Of a DNA stretch of 64,000 nucleotides, positions 1 through 9,185 are shown piece after piece. The stretch's first letter is position 1, and every line of letters begins with the position of its first letter. The notes under the pieces were generated by a model. It was not told the DNA's origin. It was given only the letters and a program-made list of their open reading frames with translations, and did not search any database. Source of the DNA: Candidatus Helarchaeota archaeon (lineage in GTDB: Archaea > Asgardarchaeota > Lokiarchaeia > Helarchaeales > RDOG01); contig JAHPZH010000003.1 of the NCBI GenBank assembly GCA_019058315.1, positions 204,351 to 268,350 of the forward strand. Direction: 5' to 3'. The position numbers were made by a program, and so were the translations under genes.

Positions 1-1
1 G

Positions 2-388
2 CCAGAATACTCTTATCAAAATAGTCGTCTTGATTTCTTTTTAAGAAAAGAAAATGAAAAATATTTGGTTGAAGTTAAATCGTGTACACTCGTCAAAGAT
101 AAGATAGCACTATTTCCTGATGCTCCAACAGAACGCGGTGCAAGGCATGTTCATGAACTTATTGGAGCTTTAGAAAATGGCTATAAATCCTTTTTAATTT
201 TTATAATACAAAGGGATGATGCAGAATTTTTTAGCCCTAATGAAGAAACGGATAAAATTTTTAGTGAGAAATTAAAGCTCGCCGAAAAAAAAGGAGTCAT
301 CATAAAGGCTTTGACAAATAGAGTTTTTATTGACCAAAATAATTTATATATTGAACCTTCTAATGAAATAAAGTTAAAAATTAATTAA
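2..388 (+). CDS. sfsA: SfsA family DNA/RNA nuclease, 5' truncated by window edge
   Basis: Frame is open from base 2 (PEYSYQNSRLDFFL...EVKSCTL...FPDAPTERGARHVHEL), with hallmark SfsA motifs SRxDF, EVKS and FPDAPTxRG. Confidence 0.93.
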   Translation, partial: PEYSYQNSRLDFFLRKENEKYLVEVKSCTLVKDKIALFPDAPTERGARHVHELIGALENGYKSFLIFIIQRDDAEFFSPNEETDKIFSEKLKLAEKKGVIIKALTNRVFIDQNNLYIEPSNEIKLKIN

Positions 389-398
389 ATGGGAGAAA

Positions 399-1034
399 AT
401 GGTAATTATTAGAAAATGTCGCAAAGCTGATGCTAAAGGAATTATGAATGTTTGTTTTAAAACTGGATATATGGGAGAAGATGCTACAGGGCATTTTTCT
501 GATGTTAAACTTTTCGGACTTCTTTTTTGTCTTTATTATCCTAGATATGAGCGTGAGCACAGTTTTGTCGCAGAAGACAATAGAGAAATTGTGGGTTATA
601 TACTAGGTTCACCAGATTCTGAGCTTCAGGAACGTCTATTTTTAGCTAAAATTGGCTGGAGAATTCCTATTCGCCTCTTTTTTGTCACTTCTTGGCGATA
701 TTTTCAAGATATTAAAACAATTCTACACTTTATTAGATTACCCCGTTCTAATCCAAATTTTAATATTAATAAAAAATATCCAGCTCATCTCCATATTGAT
801 ATTTTGGAAAAATACCAGCGAAAGGGAATTGGAAGTAAATTAATGGATAAGTTTGAAACTCATATGCGAAAATTAGGTGTAAAAGGTATCCATCTCGGTA
901 CTTCAGAGGGAAATTATAAAGCTGTTCCTTTTTATAAAAAGAAGGGTTATAAAATAATACATAGAGATAAAATGGGTATGTGGCCTGATGCTCCCGAAAA
1001 GAGAGGTCTGCTTTTTGCAAAAAAGCTTATTTAA
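399..1034 (+). CDS. GNAT family N-acetyltransferase
   Basis: YPAHLHIDILEKYQRKGIGSKL acetyl-CoA motif A; NYKAVPFYKKKGY. Confidence 0.9.
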   Translation: MVIIRKCRKADAKGIMNVCFKTGYMGEDATGHFSDVKLFGLLFCLYYPRYEREHSFVAEDNREIVGYILGSPDSELQERLFLAKIGWRIPIRLFFVTSWRYFQDIKTILHFIRLPRSNPNFNINKKYPAHLHIDILEKYQRKGIGSKLMDKFETHMRKLGVKGIHLGTSEGNYKAVPFYKKKGYKIIHRDKMGMWPDAPEKRGLLFAKKLI

Positions 1035-1054
1035 TTTAATTTAAGTGTATAAAT

Positions 1055-1840
1055 ATGAAAGATATAATCCTTGCAATTGGAGCTCATCCTGATGATATTG
1101 ATTTTTTTGCTGGGGGAACAATTGCGAAATTCTGTGAGGAAGGTAAAGAAGCGTATTTTCTTATAACAACTGATGGACAACGTGGATCTTTGAGACCTGA
1201 TACAGACCCTAAAACTCTTATTGCCACCAGAGCAAAAGAGGCAAGAGCTGCCGCAAAGGTTTTAGGTGTTAAAGAAGTTTTTTTTCTAGGTTATGAAGAT
1301 GGTTTCTTAGATCGAACACCACATCTCGAATTAAGAGAACATTATATTAAATATATTCGTAAACTTAAACCTAATATTCTTATGACATTCGACCCATGGA
1401 ACCCATATGAACCACATAGTGACCATAGGAAAGTCTCTCTTGCTGCATTTGAAAGTTGCTATTTTTGTCATTATCCCCTTTTTCATCCGGAATCAAAACC
1501 AATTCATTTTGTATCGGAAATATGGCTCTTTCGATCTCCTAACCCAGATACTTGGATACAATTAAAAAATGTTCGAACTAAAATAAAGGCTTTGGCAAAA
1601 CACGCATCCCAAATCCAAATGTTACGAGAAGAAATATTAGGGCAATTAAAATCAGCAAATATCGAAACCTCGATATTAGAAGCACTTGATAATAAAACAC
1701 TTCTTGATATATTTGTTCGCAATATGGCTGAACAAGATGGGAAAAAGCAAGGTTACAAATTTGCAGAGGCTTTTAAAGTGTTTAAAATAGGATATGTCGA
1801 AGATATAAGGGTAATCATCGAAAAGATGAAAGAGTTATAA
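1055..1840 (+). CDS. PIG-L/LmbE family deacetylase
   Basis: AHPDD and HSDH metal motifs; KIKALAKHASQ; AEAF. Confidence 0.92.
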   Translation: MKDIILAIGAHPDDIDFFAGGTIAKFCEEGKEAYFLITTDGQRGSLRPDTDPKTLIATRAKEARAAAKVLGVKEVFFLGYEDGFLDRTPHLELREHYIKYIRKLKPNILMTFDPWNPYEPHSDHRKVSLAAFESCYFCHYPLFHPESKPIHFVSEIWLFRSPNPDTWIQLKNVRTKIKALAKHASQIQMLREEILGQLKSANIETSILEALDNKTLLDIFVRNMAEQDGKKQGYKFAEAFKVFKIGYVEDIRVIIEKMKEL

Positions 1841-2076
1841 AAAAGATATTAAAAAATGATATTTTGCTCTTTTTCTTTAATAAAAAAATTTTTTTATAAA
1901 ATAAATACACAAAATGAGTTTGCATTGTTTAATATTGCCAATATCATAACGCTTTTTAAGAATCATTAAGAATCAGTTCTAATGTAGGATTGGGAAAAAT
2001 TCCTTTTTAAAGTAATTAAAAGAATTTGTAAACCTTCCAAATCTTGCTAAAATTAAAAATAAAAGGGTGAAACTTC

Positions 2077-3078
2077 ATGGAGAGAAGAGTAAAATTAGGG
2101 TTAGTAGTAGTATTAATTCTTTTTGCAAGTGGTGCAGGAATTACAGGACTGATCTTAGTAAGCACGAGTCAAGAATTCCCAGCAGGGTTACTGCTTTTAG
2201 GAGCTGCTCCACAACAATCCAATGGTGGTGGGACCGGCCCAGGAACGCTAGGAACGCCAACAGGAGTAAGCGCTACTGATGGCACGTCAACATCGTATTC
2301 TACGGTAACATGGAACGGGGTTTCTGGAGCTGAATCATACCACGTGTATAGATCCACATCTCCCTCAGGAACATACTCGCATATAGGGCAGACAACATCC
2401 TTATCTTTTAATGATGTATCTGCTGGACAGGGAACTCTCTATTATTATAAAGTAAGGGCATATTCACTGGAATTAGGTTATAGTGATTACAGTTCCTATG
2501 ATACGGGCTTTAAAAAGCTAATTGCGCCTACTGGAGTAATTGCTACTAATGGTACATCAACATCATATTCTCGAGTAACCTGGAATAGTGTTACTGGAGC
2601 TGAGTCATACTATATATATCGATCAACATCTTCCTCAGGATCTTACTCATATATAGGACAAACTTCATCATTATCTTACGATGATACATCCGCAGGACCT
2701 GGAACTCTTTATTATTACAAAGTTAGAGCTCATTCCTCAGTATTTGGGTTTAGTGATTACAGTTCCTATGATACGGGTTTTAAAAAACTATCTACACCTA
2801 CTGGAGTGTCTGCATCGGATGGAACTTATTCTGACTGGGTGCGAGTAACATGGAATGCTGTACCTGGAGCTGATTTATATGGTGTATTTGTATTCAGTTC
2901 TAGTAGTATGAGTGATTTTCTTTATATGGCAGGAGAAACAGCGTCCCTATCTTTGGATGATACAATTGCAGGGATAATTTTTGATGGAATTGTTTTATAC
3001 TATAGAGTTGCAGCAGCGTCTTTTTCATCTAACTCAACTAGTGACCTTAGTAGTTATAATACCGGATATACATTTTAA
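2077..3078 (+). CDS. Membrane-anchored or secreted protein with three fibronectin type III repeats
   Basis: N-terminal hydrophobic segment, Gly/Thr linker, then three ~90-aa repeats PTGVxATxG...VTWNxVxGAxxYxxYR...YYYKVRA; 270-nt DNA periodicity. Confidence 0.85.
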   Translation: MERRVKLGLVVVLILFASGAGITGLILVSTSQEFPAGLLLLGAAPQQSNGGGTGPGTLGTPTGVSATDGTSTSYSTVTWNGVSGAESYHVYRSTSPSGTYSHIGQTTSLSFNDVSAGQGTLYYYKVRAYSLELGYSDYSSYDTGFKKLIAPTGVIATNGTSTSYSRVTWNSVTGAESYYIYRSTSSSGSYSYIGQTSSLSYDDTSAGPGTLYYYKVRAHSSVFGFSDYSSYDTGFKKLSTPTGVSASDGTYSDWVRVTWNAVPGADLYGVFVFSSSSMSDFLYMAGETASLSLDDTIAGIIFDGIVLYYRVAAASFSSNSTSDLSSYNTGYTF

Positions 3079-3210
3079 TATTTTAATTTTCCTTTTTTTT
3101 TCTAATTTTGGCAGTTTTTTTTCTTCCAAGGGATTGTTTTTTAATAGTTTTAGGAAATTAAAAATAATTAACTCATGTATTTTTAATCCTAAAAAATAAA
3201 ATGAAGAAAA

Positions 3211-3381
3211 ATGCACGAATTAGAGATTTGTTATATCTGTAAAAAAGAAATTACAGAAGATAGAGCTAATTGTGCTTATTGCAATACACCTTATCATAAA
3301 AAAGAACTAAATAATTGGATAAAACGCTTTAAAAAATGTCCAAGATGTGGTAGGGAATTGAAAGAATTCGTAATTATGTAG
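3211..3381 (+). CDS. Stand-alone 56-aa RING-like zinc finger protein (not in ORF track)
   Basis: Manual translation MHELEICYICKKEITEDRANCAYCNTPYHKKELNNWIKRFKKCPRCGRELKEFVIM; pattern CxxC-x10-CxxC-x4-H-x2-E...W...CPxC closely matches the RING-like domains of the next two genes. Confidence 0.82.
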   Translation: MHELEICYICKKEITEDRANCAYCNTPYHKKELNNWIKRFKKCPRCGRELKEFVIM

Positions 3382-3515
3382 ACGATTCCTCCTTTACCTT
3401 GACTCTAAATTTTTTAAATAATATTTAATTAAACTATATTGTATTATTTTGATAAAACAATTGAAGCAATTTTTGGTAATATTTCGGGGGTTTTTGACTG
3501 AAAACCAAAGATAAA

Positions 3516-4421
3516 GTGAAAGGAGTTTTGACACTAATAGGAATTATCATATTAATAATAGGCGTTTATTTAGTTTTAACATTCATTTTTATAACAAGGG
3601 ATAATTATAGAATGCAAGGAGAATGGGGCATATTTTTAATTATTATTAGTTTATATCCAAATATCCCAGATCATATTAACTTGGGACTTACTCTTATAAT
3701 TTTTAGGAATTTAAATGAAGGACGACTACCTTTAGGATCAACTTTAACATTTATGGGTATACTTTTATTGTTACTCCCATGGATTTCTGGGTTTAGAACT
3801 AAGGCTAAAGCGCAAAGTGTATTGACAATCATTGGAATTAGCTTGGAATTAATTGCTCTTAATTTACTATTAACAAATACCAATATGGGAGTAGTTTTTG
3901 CTTGGGGAGCGGGTTTAGGTGTAGTTGGAGCATGGATATTGGTTTTAACAAATGTCCATTGGAACTTAATGCAGACTGAGCGAGATCCAGGTTATAATCC
4001 AACCCAGCAAATTCGAGAAAGAATAAAAAAGCGTCCGTTCAAAATTAGACAAGACACAGAGAAAGTTCTAAAACTTTCAAAATGTCCTGTTTGTAAAGCT
4101 CCTTTAAAAGATAGTTCTAGTGACTTTTGTGAATCTTGTAATACAAAATTAATTAAATGTCCGATATGTAAACAACCGATTAACAAAGAAAACTTAATTT
4201 TCTGCCCATTTTGTAGTTCACCTTTTCATAAAACTGAATTTCTTGAATGGTTAAAAGTTCATGCTAATTGTCCTCGATGTAAAAATGAATTAGATATGTG
4301 GGAATTTCAAAAACATTTAGAGGAAAGTAAAAATGAGTTATCTAAGATTCAGTGTCCTGAATGTAAAAAATTCATACCAAATGATTGTAACTATTGTATC
4401 TTTTGTGGATTTAAAATATGA
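3516..4421 (+). CDS. Multi-pass membrane protein with C-terminal Zn ribbon, RING-like finger and Zn ribbon (paralogue 1)
   Basis: About 5 hydrophobic segments, then CPVC..CESC, CPIC..CPFC..HKTEFLEW..CPRC, CPEC..CIFC; start may be the in-frame CTG at 3498 after GGGGG. Confidence 0.8.
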   Translation: MKGVLTLIGIIILIIGVYLVLTFIFITRDNYRMQGEWGIFLIIISLYPNIPDHINLGLTLIIFRNLNEGRLPLGSTLTFMGILLLLLPWISGFRTKAKAQSVLTIIGISLELIALNLLLTNTNMGVVFAWGAGLGVVGAWILVLTNVHWNLMQTERDPGYNPTQQIRERIKKRPFKIRQDTEKVLKLSKCPVCKAPLKDSSSDFCESCNTKLIKCPICKQPINKENLIFCPFCSSPFHKTEFLEWLKVHANCPRCKNELDMWEFQKHLEESKNELSKIQCPECKKFIPNDCNYCIFCGFKI

Positions 4422-4448
4422 AATTATAATTACTAGATCTAATTCTTA

Positions 4449-4718
4449 TTAGCAGATTTGTTTATAAACAGGTGTAGTATCAACTAAAATAATTAATAAA
4501 CACTTATTTTGTTGGAAGAGGTCTTTTGTATTATTCTCATCCAGCTTTTGAATTAATGTTATTAAATCTCCTTTTGAATCTTCAAGAAATTATATATTAC
4601 TTTGGTAATCTTGTTTAATGGATTCTGCAGTTTCAGTATTTATCAAGATAACACTAACAAAATGTTCCTTGATAGAAACTCGATTTTTCTCTTGAAAATG
4701 AACTTTAATTTCATTTTT
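4449..4718 (-). pseudogene. Diverged copy of the last 90 codons of the PQQ-propeller gene (5973-6242) with an internal stop
   Basis: Translates KNEIKVHFQEKNRVSIKEHFVSVILINTETAESIKQDYQSNI*FLEDSKGDLITLIQKLDE...DTTPVYKQIC*, colinear with the C-terminus of 5973..8621. Confidence 0.93.
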
Positions 4719-4852
4719 GAACGCTAGGAACACCAACTGGAGTAAGTGCTACTGATGGCACGTCAACATCGTATTCTACGGTAACATGGAACGGGGTTTC
4801 TGGAGCTGAATCATACCACGTGTATAGATCCAGATCTCCCTCAGGAACTTAC
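4719..4852 (+). pseudogene. 134-nt internal fragment of the FN3 gene (copy of 2243-2376)
   Basis: Direct alignment shows 5 mismatches in 134 nt; the fragment abuts the PQQ fragment with no spacer. Confidence 0.95.
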
Positions 4853-4893
4853 GATTTAAAAAAATAACTATTATTTAACAATTTTGAAATTAC

Positions 4894-5005
4894 CCTTTTC
4901 CTTAACTCTAAATTTTTTAAATAATATTTAATTAAATTATATTGTAATATTTTATATTTTATAAAAACAATTGAAGTACTTCTTTGAAATATTTCGGGGG
5001 TTTGA
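4894..5005 (+). repeat. Duplicated upstream/promoter region of the membrane-RING genes (copy of 3391-3497)
   Basis: Shared blocks actctaaattttttaaataatatttaattaaa, aaaacaattgaag and aatatttcgggggttt precede both paralogues. Confidence 0.88.
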
Positions 5006-5052
5006 TTAAATATTAATTTTAATCCCACTCAATAACTTCATGATGATAAAAA

Positions 5053-5904
5053 TTGTCAAATAAAAGTATAAAAAATATAAGTTATGGAATTTTATACATT
5101 AATACTTATTTAACCTACCTCTTATTTGTGGCATTTTTAACGTTAAGATCGTATAATAGGATTCGAAATCCTCAAAGTGTTGTATATTTGATTGGTATCA
5201 TAGGTTTATTAATTTCCACAATATTTCTTCTTTGTGGCTGTGATAATAAAAGAAGAAATATATTCTACTTTGGTTTAGGATTATTGGTTTTGGTCTCAAT
5301 ATTTTTAATAGTAAACGGAATCTTTATTTCTAATATTTATCCTAGTATATCAAGAATTCAAATTATATTATCTATTATAGCCTTAATTATTGCTTTTATC
5401 AGCTTTATTTTAAATAAATATCAATGGGCAAGTGATTTATCTTATATAGAAGATAGACAGGATTATATTCCGATATCGAGATCTGGAGAAATTCGAAATC
5501 GTCCTTTTCCATATCATGAAATTAATACTGTTAAATCTGAAATAAATTTTAGATCAAAATACTTAATTTGTGATATATGCAATCATAAAAACGATATTTC
5601 CAATATCGTTTGTGCATCTTGTAATACAAAATTTAATAGATGTCCGATATGTAAACACCCGATTAGCAAAGAAGATTTAGTATTTTGCCCATTTTGTAAT
5701 TCATCTTTTCATAAAACTGAATTTCTTGAATGGTTAAAAATTTATGCTAATTGTCCCCGTTGTAAAAAAGAATTAGATATGTGGGAATTTCAAAAGTATT
5801 TAGAGGAAAGTAAAAGTGAGTTATCTCAGATTCAATGTTCTGCATGTAAAAAATTAATACCAATTGATTGTAAGTATTGTATCTTTTGTGGAGCTAGGAT
5901 CTAA
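5053..5904 (+). CDS. Multi-pass membrane protein with C-terminal Zn ribbon, RING-like finger and Zn ribbon (paralogue 2)
   Basis: About 4 TM segments; C-terminus from CNTK onward is highly similar to 3516..4421, but the N-terminus is not alignable by eye. Confidence 0.8.
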   Translation: MSNKSIKNISYGILYINTYLTYLLFVAFLTLRSYNRIRNPQSVVYLIGIIGLLISTIFLLCGCDNKRRNIFYFGLGLLVLVSIFLIVNGIFISNIYPSISRIQIILSIIALIIAFISFILNKYQWASDLSYIEDRQDYIPISRSGEIRNRPFPYHEINTVKSEINFRSKYLICDICNHKNDISNIVCASCNTKFNRCPICKHPISKEDLVFCPFCNSSFHKTEFLEWLKIYANCPRCKKELDMWEFQKYLEESKSELSQIQCSACKKLIPIDCKYCIFCGARI

Positions 5905-5972
5905 AAATATTATTATAATATGTATTTCTTACCTAAAAACCAATTAGATGGTTTATTATAAGATTCAACTTT

Positions 5973-8621
5973 TCAGCAGATTTGTTTATAAATGGGTGTA
6001 GTATCTATTAAAACAATTAATAAGCACTTATTTAGTTGGAAGAGGTCTTTTGTAATATTCTCATCCAGTTTTTGAATTAAAGTTATCAAATCTCCTTTTG
6101 AATCTTCAACAAATGATATATTACTTTGGTAATCTTGTTTAATGGATTCTGCAGTTTCTGTATTTATCAAGACAACACTGACAAAATGTTTCTTAATAGA
6201 CACACGATATTTCTCTTGGAAATTAACTTTGATTTTATTTTCTAGCAATTCAATTGATTCAACTTTAGCTTTAACAGGGTTTATAGCAGGACCTTTAGCC
6301 TTTTCTAGACGATAAGTACCAGCAGTCATAAAATTATTATCTTTGTTTTTAACGTTCATCAAATCCAAAATAGGACCGAATAGTGGAATATCTGTAACTG
6401 GTGTTTCAAAATAAGCTGTCGCACCCGTTTTTAATTCTTTTCTTTCATTGAATTGTCCAGATATTTTTAATAATTTGAAGGGCATTCCTACTCCTGCCCA
6501 ATCTAATCTGAAACCGGATGCGAATATCGAAAAAGTTCCATCATCATCATAAGTCAGATCGAGAGGAAATCGAAATGGTGTACTTGAAGGTTGAGCAATT
6601 ACTTTATAAGAAGCTGGGCGAGGATCAGAATCACGTTCTATGCCTGTAATTTTTTCTCCCATCATACACCAGAATATATATCGCTGTTTATTTGGATCAT
6701 GATAAACGGGTGAGGCAATCAAGTAAACATCATCCATTGCAATTATTGATAAGTTCATTATTAGGGCTTCTTGCCAAGGAAAAATATTTCTCAAGACAAA
6801 AATGTCCCCAGGTTTCTGTGCTTCGGCATCACCAATTTGAATTAGCAGTTCATTTTTTGGTTTAATTGGCGTAGAATGAGCTGTTTTGAAAGTGAAATTA
6901 GTGTCAAATTTCCCTTCGGCTTTTTTACCACGCCAATATCGATCAAGTCTAACGGATCTCCAGCCATATTTTTTAGGAATAATATAATTACCGGTAATTT
7001 GAAGTGTGTAGGTTTCACCAGGTTGAAGAAATTCCATTGGGACGATATTTATATAGCGTGCATCTGTTGAAATTTGAATGTGCATTTTAAATTCAATATC
7101 AGATTTCACTTCAACGTTTTCAATTCGTACATCTTGTAATTGACCTTTTTTGGTTACTATTAGACGGAAAAAAAGTGTATCAGACCGTCCAAGAGGTTGT
7201 TCAGCTTTAATATCATATTTATCTTTATCAGTTCTTTTCAATTCTTCTAAAATTGGATGCCCTCCAGGACTAACACGAACAATATATATTCCATCTTCTG
7301 GCCAATCAGGGGTAGGATTAAAGTTACAACGCAGATCTTGATGAGCTTTTTTAGATTCCATGTAAGAGAATGGAATATAATACAAATTTCCATTTTGATT
7401 AGATGCATATATTCCGCTTGGTGAGAGTGCAATCGAAGAAGGGACAAAATGATAGCGATCTAATTCATCAAATTCTTCGGATGCATTAAATTGATGACAA
7501 TCAAAGCTCCAAATGCGGTTCCCATCTTTTCCAGATAATTTGTATATGTTTCCATCTCCACTTGCAATATATACATTATCATCTTGGTCCAAAACACACC
7601 CACACCGATTCGGTCCAAGAGTGGGAAAGGACCATTTCATTTTTCCTGTTTCTGCGTCTAACGCATAGACAATTCCATCGGAGGAAGAAACAATAACTGT
7701 GGATCCGTCATGTGTCACTGTTGCTGATGACCATACATCACTCTTTGTATGGAATCTCCATTTAACTCTTTGATCTTCAGGAAGATCTTTTTCACTTCTA
7801 AAACAGTAAATATTATTATTTCCTGACCCGATAACAACGCTACCATCATCAAGAATTGTGGGTGACGCACCTGCCATTCCATAAATAGGATATTCCCATC
7901 TTAATTCTCCATTATCGTCTACACTGCGAAAATATGTATCTAAACATCCAAAATAATGGTCACCTTCTGGGGCAAATCCAGTCGGAGACCCACTCCATAT
8001 TTGATTACGAGTCATAAACTCTGGAACAGCACGTTTCATAGTTTCAGGATCAATTTGGTAAAAAGCAAAATCATCACAAGGTGCTAATAAACGTCCAGTT
8101 CCAGAAAATGTAAAATCAGATTCAAACCAATTACATTTTGGAACACCCATAAATTTTTCGTCTATATAATGATCAGTAGCTTCAAAGGCTCCTATAATTT
8201 CTCCAGTTTGGCAGTCTACTTTACGGGCGAAACCATCTGCTCCTGGGAAAAAAACATAATCTTTTTCTTGTCCAGTTTTTGGATCTGTCCTTCTGGCTAT
8301 TACGGCTGCATCGTCAATAACATTGTCTGTTTTAAATTTCCATTTTAAAGATCCATCTGGATTAATGGCATAAAAATAAGTATCAGCAGAACCTAAATAT
8401 ATGGTGCCGTCTGCACCTATAACTGGAGCACAAGTAATTGCCTTACCGGTTTTAAATGCCCATGGCTTGTCCGGAAATTTTATATTCTTTGAAAAAATTT
8501 TATCTTTCCAATTCGGAGCTCTACCAGTATTTCGTATATCTGCTCTTAAACTCGGCCAAAATGCTTTTTCATCTAAACGCCAATAGGGTGATTTTAACTT
8601 TTTTTTTTTCATCTTTATCAA
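5973..8621 (-). CDS. PQQ-like (BamB-type) beta-propeller repeat protein with C-terminal beta-rich domains
   Basis: Repeats such as IYLGSADTYFYAINPDGSLKWKF and VYALDAETGKMKWSF; no obvious signal peptide. Confidence 0.85.
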   Translation of the reverse strand: MIKMKKKKLKSPYWRLDEKAFWPSLRADIRNTGRAPNWKDKIFSKNIKFPDKPWAFKTGKAITCAPVIGADGTIYLGSADTYFYAINPDGSLKWKFKTDNVIDDAAVIARRTDPKTGQEKDYVFFPGADGFARKVDCQTGEIIGAFEATDHYIDEKFMGVPKCNWFESDFTFSGTGRLLAPCDDFAFYQIDPETMKRAVPEFMTRNQIWSGSPTGFAPEGDHYFGCLDTYFRSVDDNGELRWEYPIYGMAGASPTILDDGSVVIGSGNNNIYCFRSEKDLPEDQRVKWRFHTKSDVWSSATVTHDGSTVIVSSSDGIVYALDAETGKMKWSFPTLGPNRCGCVLDQDDNVYIASGDGNIYKLSGKDGNRIWSFDCHQFNASEEFDELDRYHFVPSSIALSPSGIYASNQNGNLYYIPFSYMESKKAHQDLRCNFNPTPDWPEDGIYIVRVSPGGHPILEELKRTDKDKYDIKAEQPLGRSDTLFFRLIVTKKGQLQDVRIENVEVKSDIEFKMHIQISTDARYINIVPMEFLQPGETYTLQITGNYIIPKKYGWRSVRLDRYWRGKKAEGKFDTNFTFKTAHSTPIKPKNELLIQIGDAEAQKPGDIFVLRNIFPWQEALIMNLSIIAMDDVYLIASPVYHDPNKQRYIFWCMMGEKITGIERDSDPRPASYKVIAQPSSTPFRFPLDLTYDDDGTFSIFASGFRLDWAGVGMPFKLLKISGQFNERKELKTGATAYFETPVTDIPLFGPILDLMNVKNKDNNFMTAGTYRLEKAKGPAINPVKAKVESIELLENKIKVNFQEKYRVSIKKHFVSVVLINTETAESIKQDYQSNISFVEDSKGDLITLIQKLDENITKDLFQLNKCLLIVLIDTTPIYKQIC

Positions 8622-8644
8622 AAAATAAGGGAGATTGAGGAATT

Positions 8645-9112
8645 CTAAACAATTACGATTTGATTGATTTTATCCCCTTTTTGAATGGCATCAACAACGT
8701 CTTGACCTTCAGTAACTTGACCAAAAACCGTGTGGACTCCATCCAGCCAATCTGTAGCTTTATGTGTTATGTAAAATTGCGCTCCATTCGAACAAGTTCC
8801 AGCAACTTTTCTTCCAGAAGGCTCATGTTTACATGTTCCAGCATGCGCCATAGCTAAACTACCGCGTTTATGTTTGATTTCTGGCTTGATTTCACATTCA
8901 TTTTGGATTCCATCAGGATGACCACCCATACCTGTTCCATGCATACATCCAGATTGAATCATGAAATCTGGGATAACCCTATGAAAAATTAGACCATTAT
9001 AAAATCCTCTTTGGACAAGATCAAGGAAATTTTTTACGGTATTGGGAGTAGAGGTATCAAATAATTGAATTTTTATATCGCCTTTTGTTGTTTTAATAAT
9101 CACATCTGTCAT
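8645..9112 (-). CDS. Cyclophilin-type peptidyl-prolyl cis-trans isomerase
   Basis: FHRVIPDFMIQSG, RGSLAMAH, GAQFYITH, WLDGVHTVFGQV. Confidence 0.95.
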   Translation of the reverse strand: MTDVIIKTTKGDIKIQLFDTSTPNTVKNFLDLVQRGFYNGLIFHRVIPDFMIQSGCMHGTGMGGHPDGIQNECEIKPEIKHKRGSLAMAHAGTCKHEPSGRKVAGTCSNGAQFYITHKATDWLDGVHTVFGQVTEGQDVVDAIQKGDKINQIVIV

Positions 9113-9185
9113 GAATTTCTACATCCATCAAAATTTTTAAATTATAACAATTTTTTTTAATTATTAACATTTTACATTTATTAAT

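Noticed and set aside
2243-5904. Diversity-generating retroelement (TR/VR pair) explaining the near-identical copies
   Set aside because: Mismatches between copies are not adenine-specific (G/A, A/T, C/T, C/G), and no reverse transcriptase gene is in the window.
3100-5970. Integron cassette array
   Set aside because: No tyrosine integrase and no attC-like imperfect inverted repeats between genes; the repeats are fragments of flanking genes and promoters.
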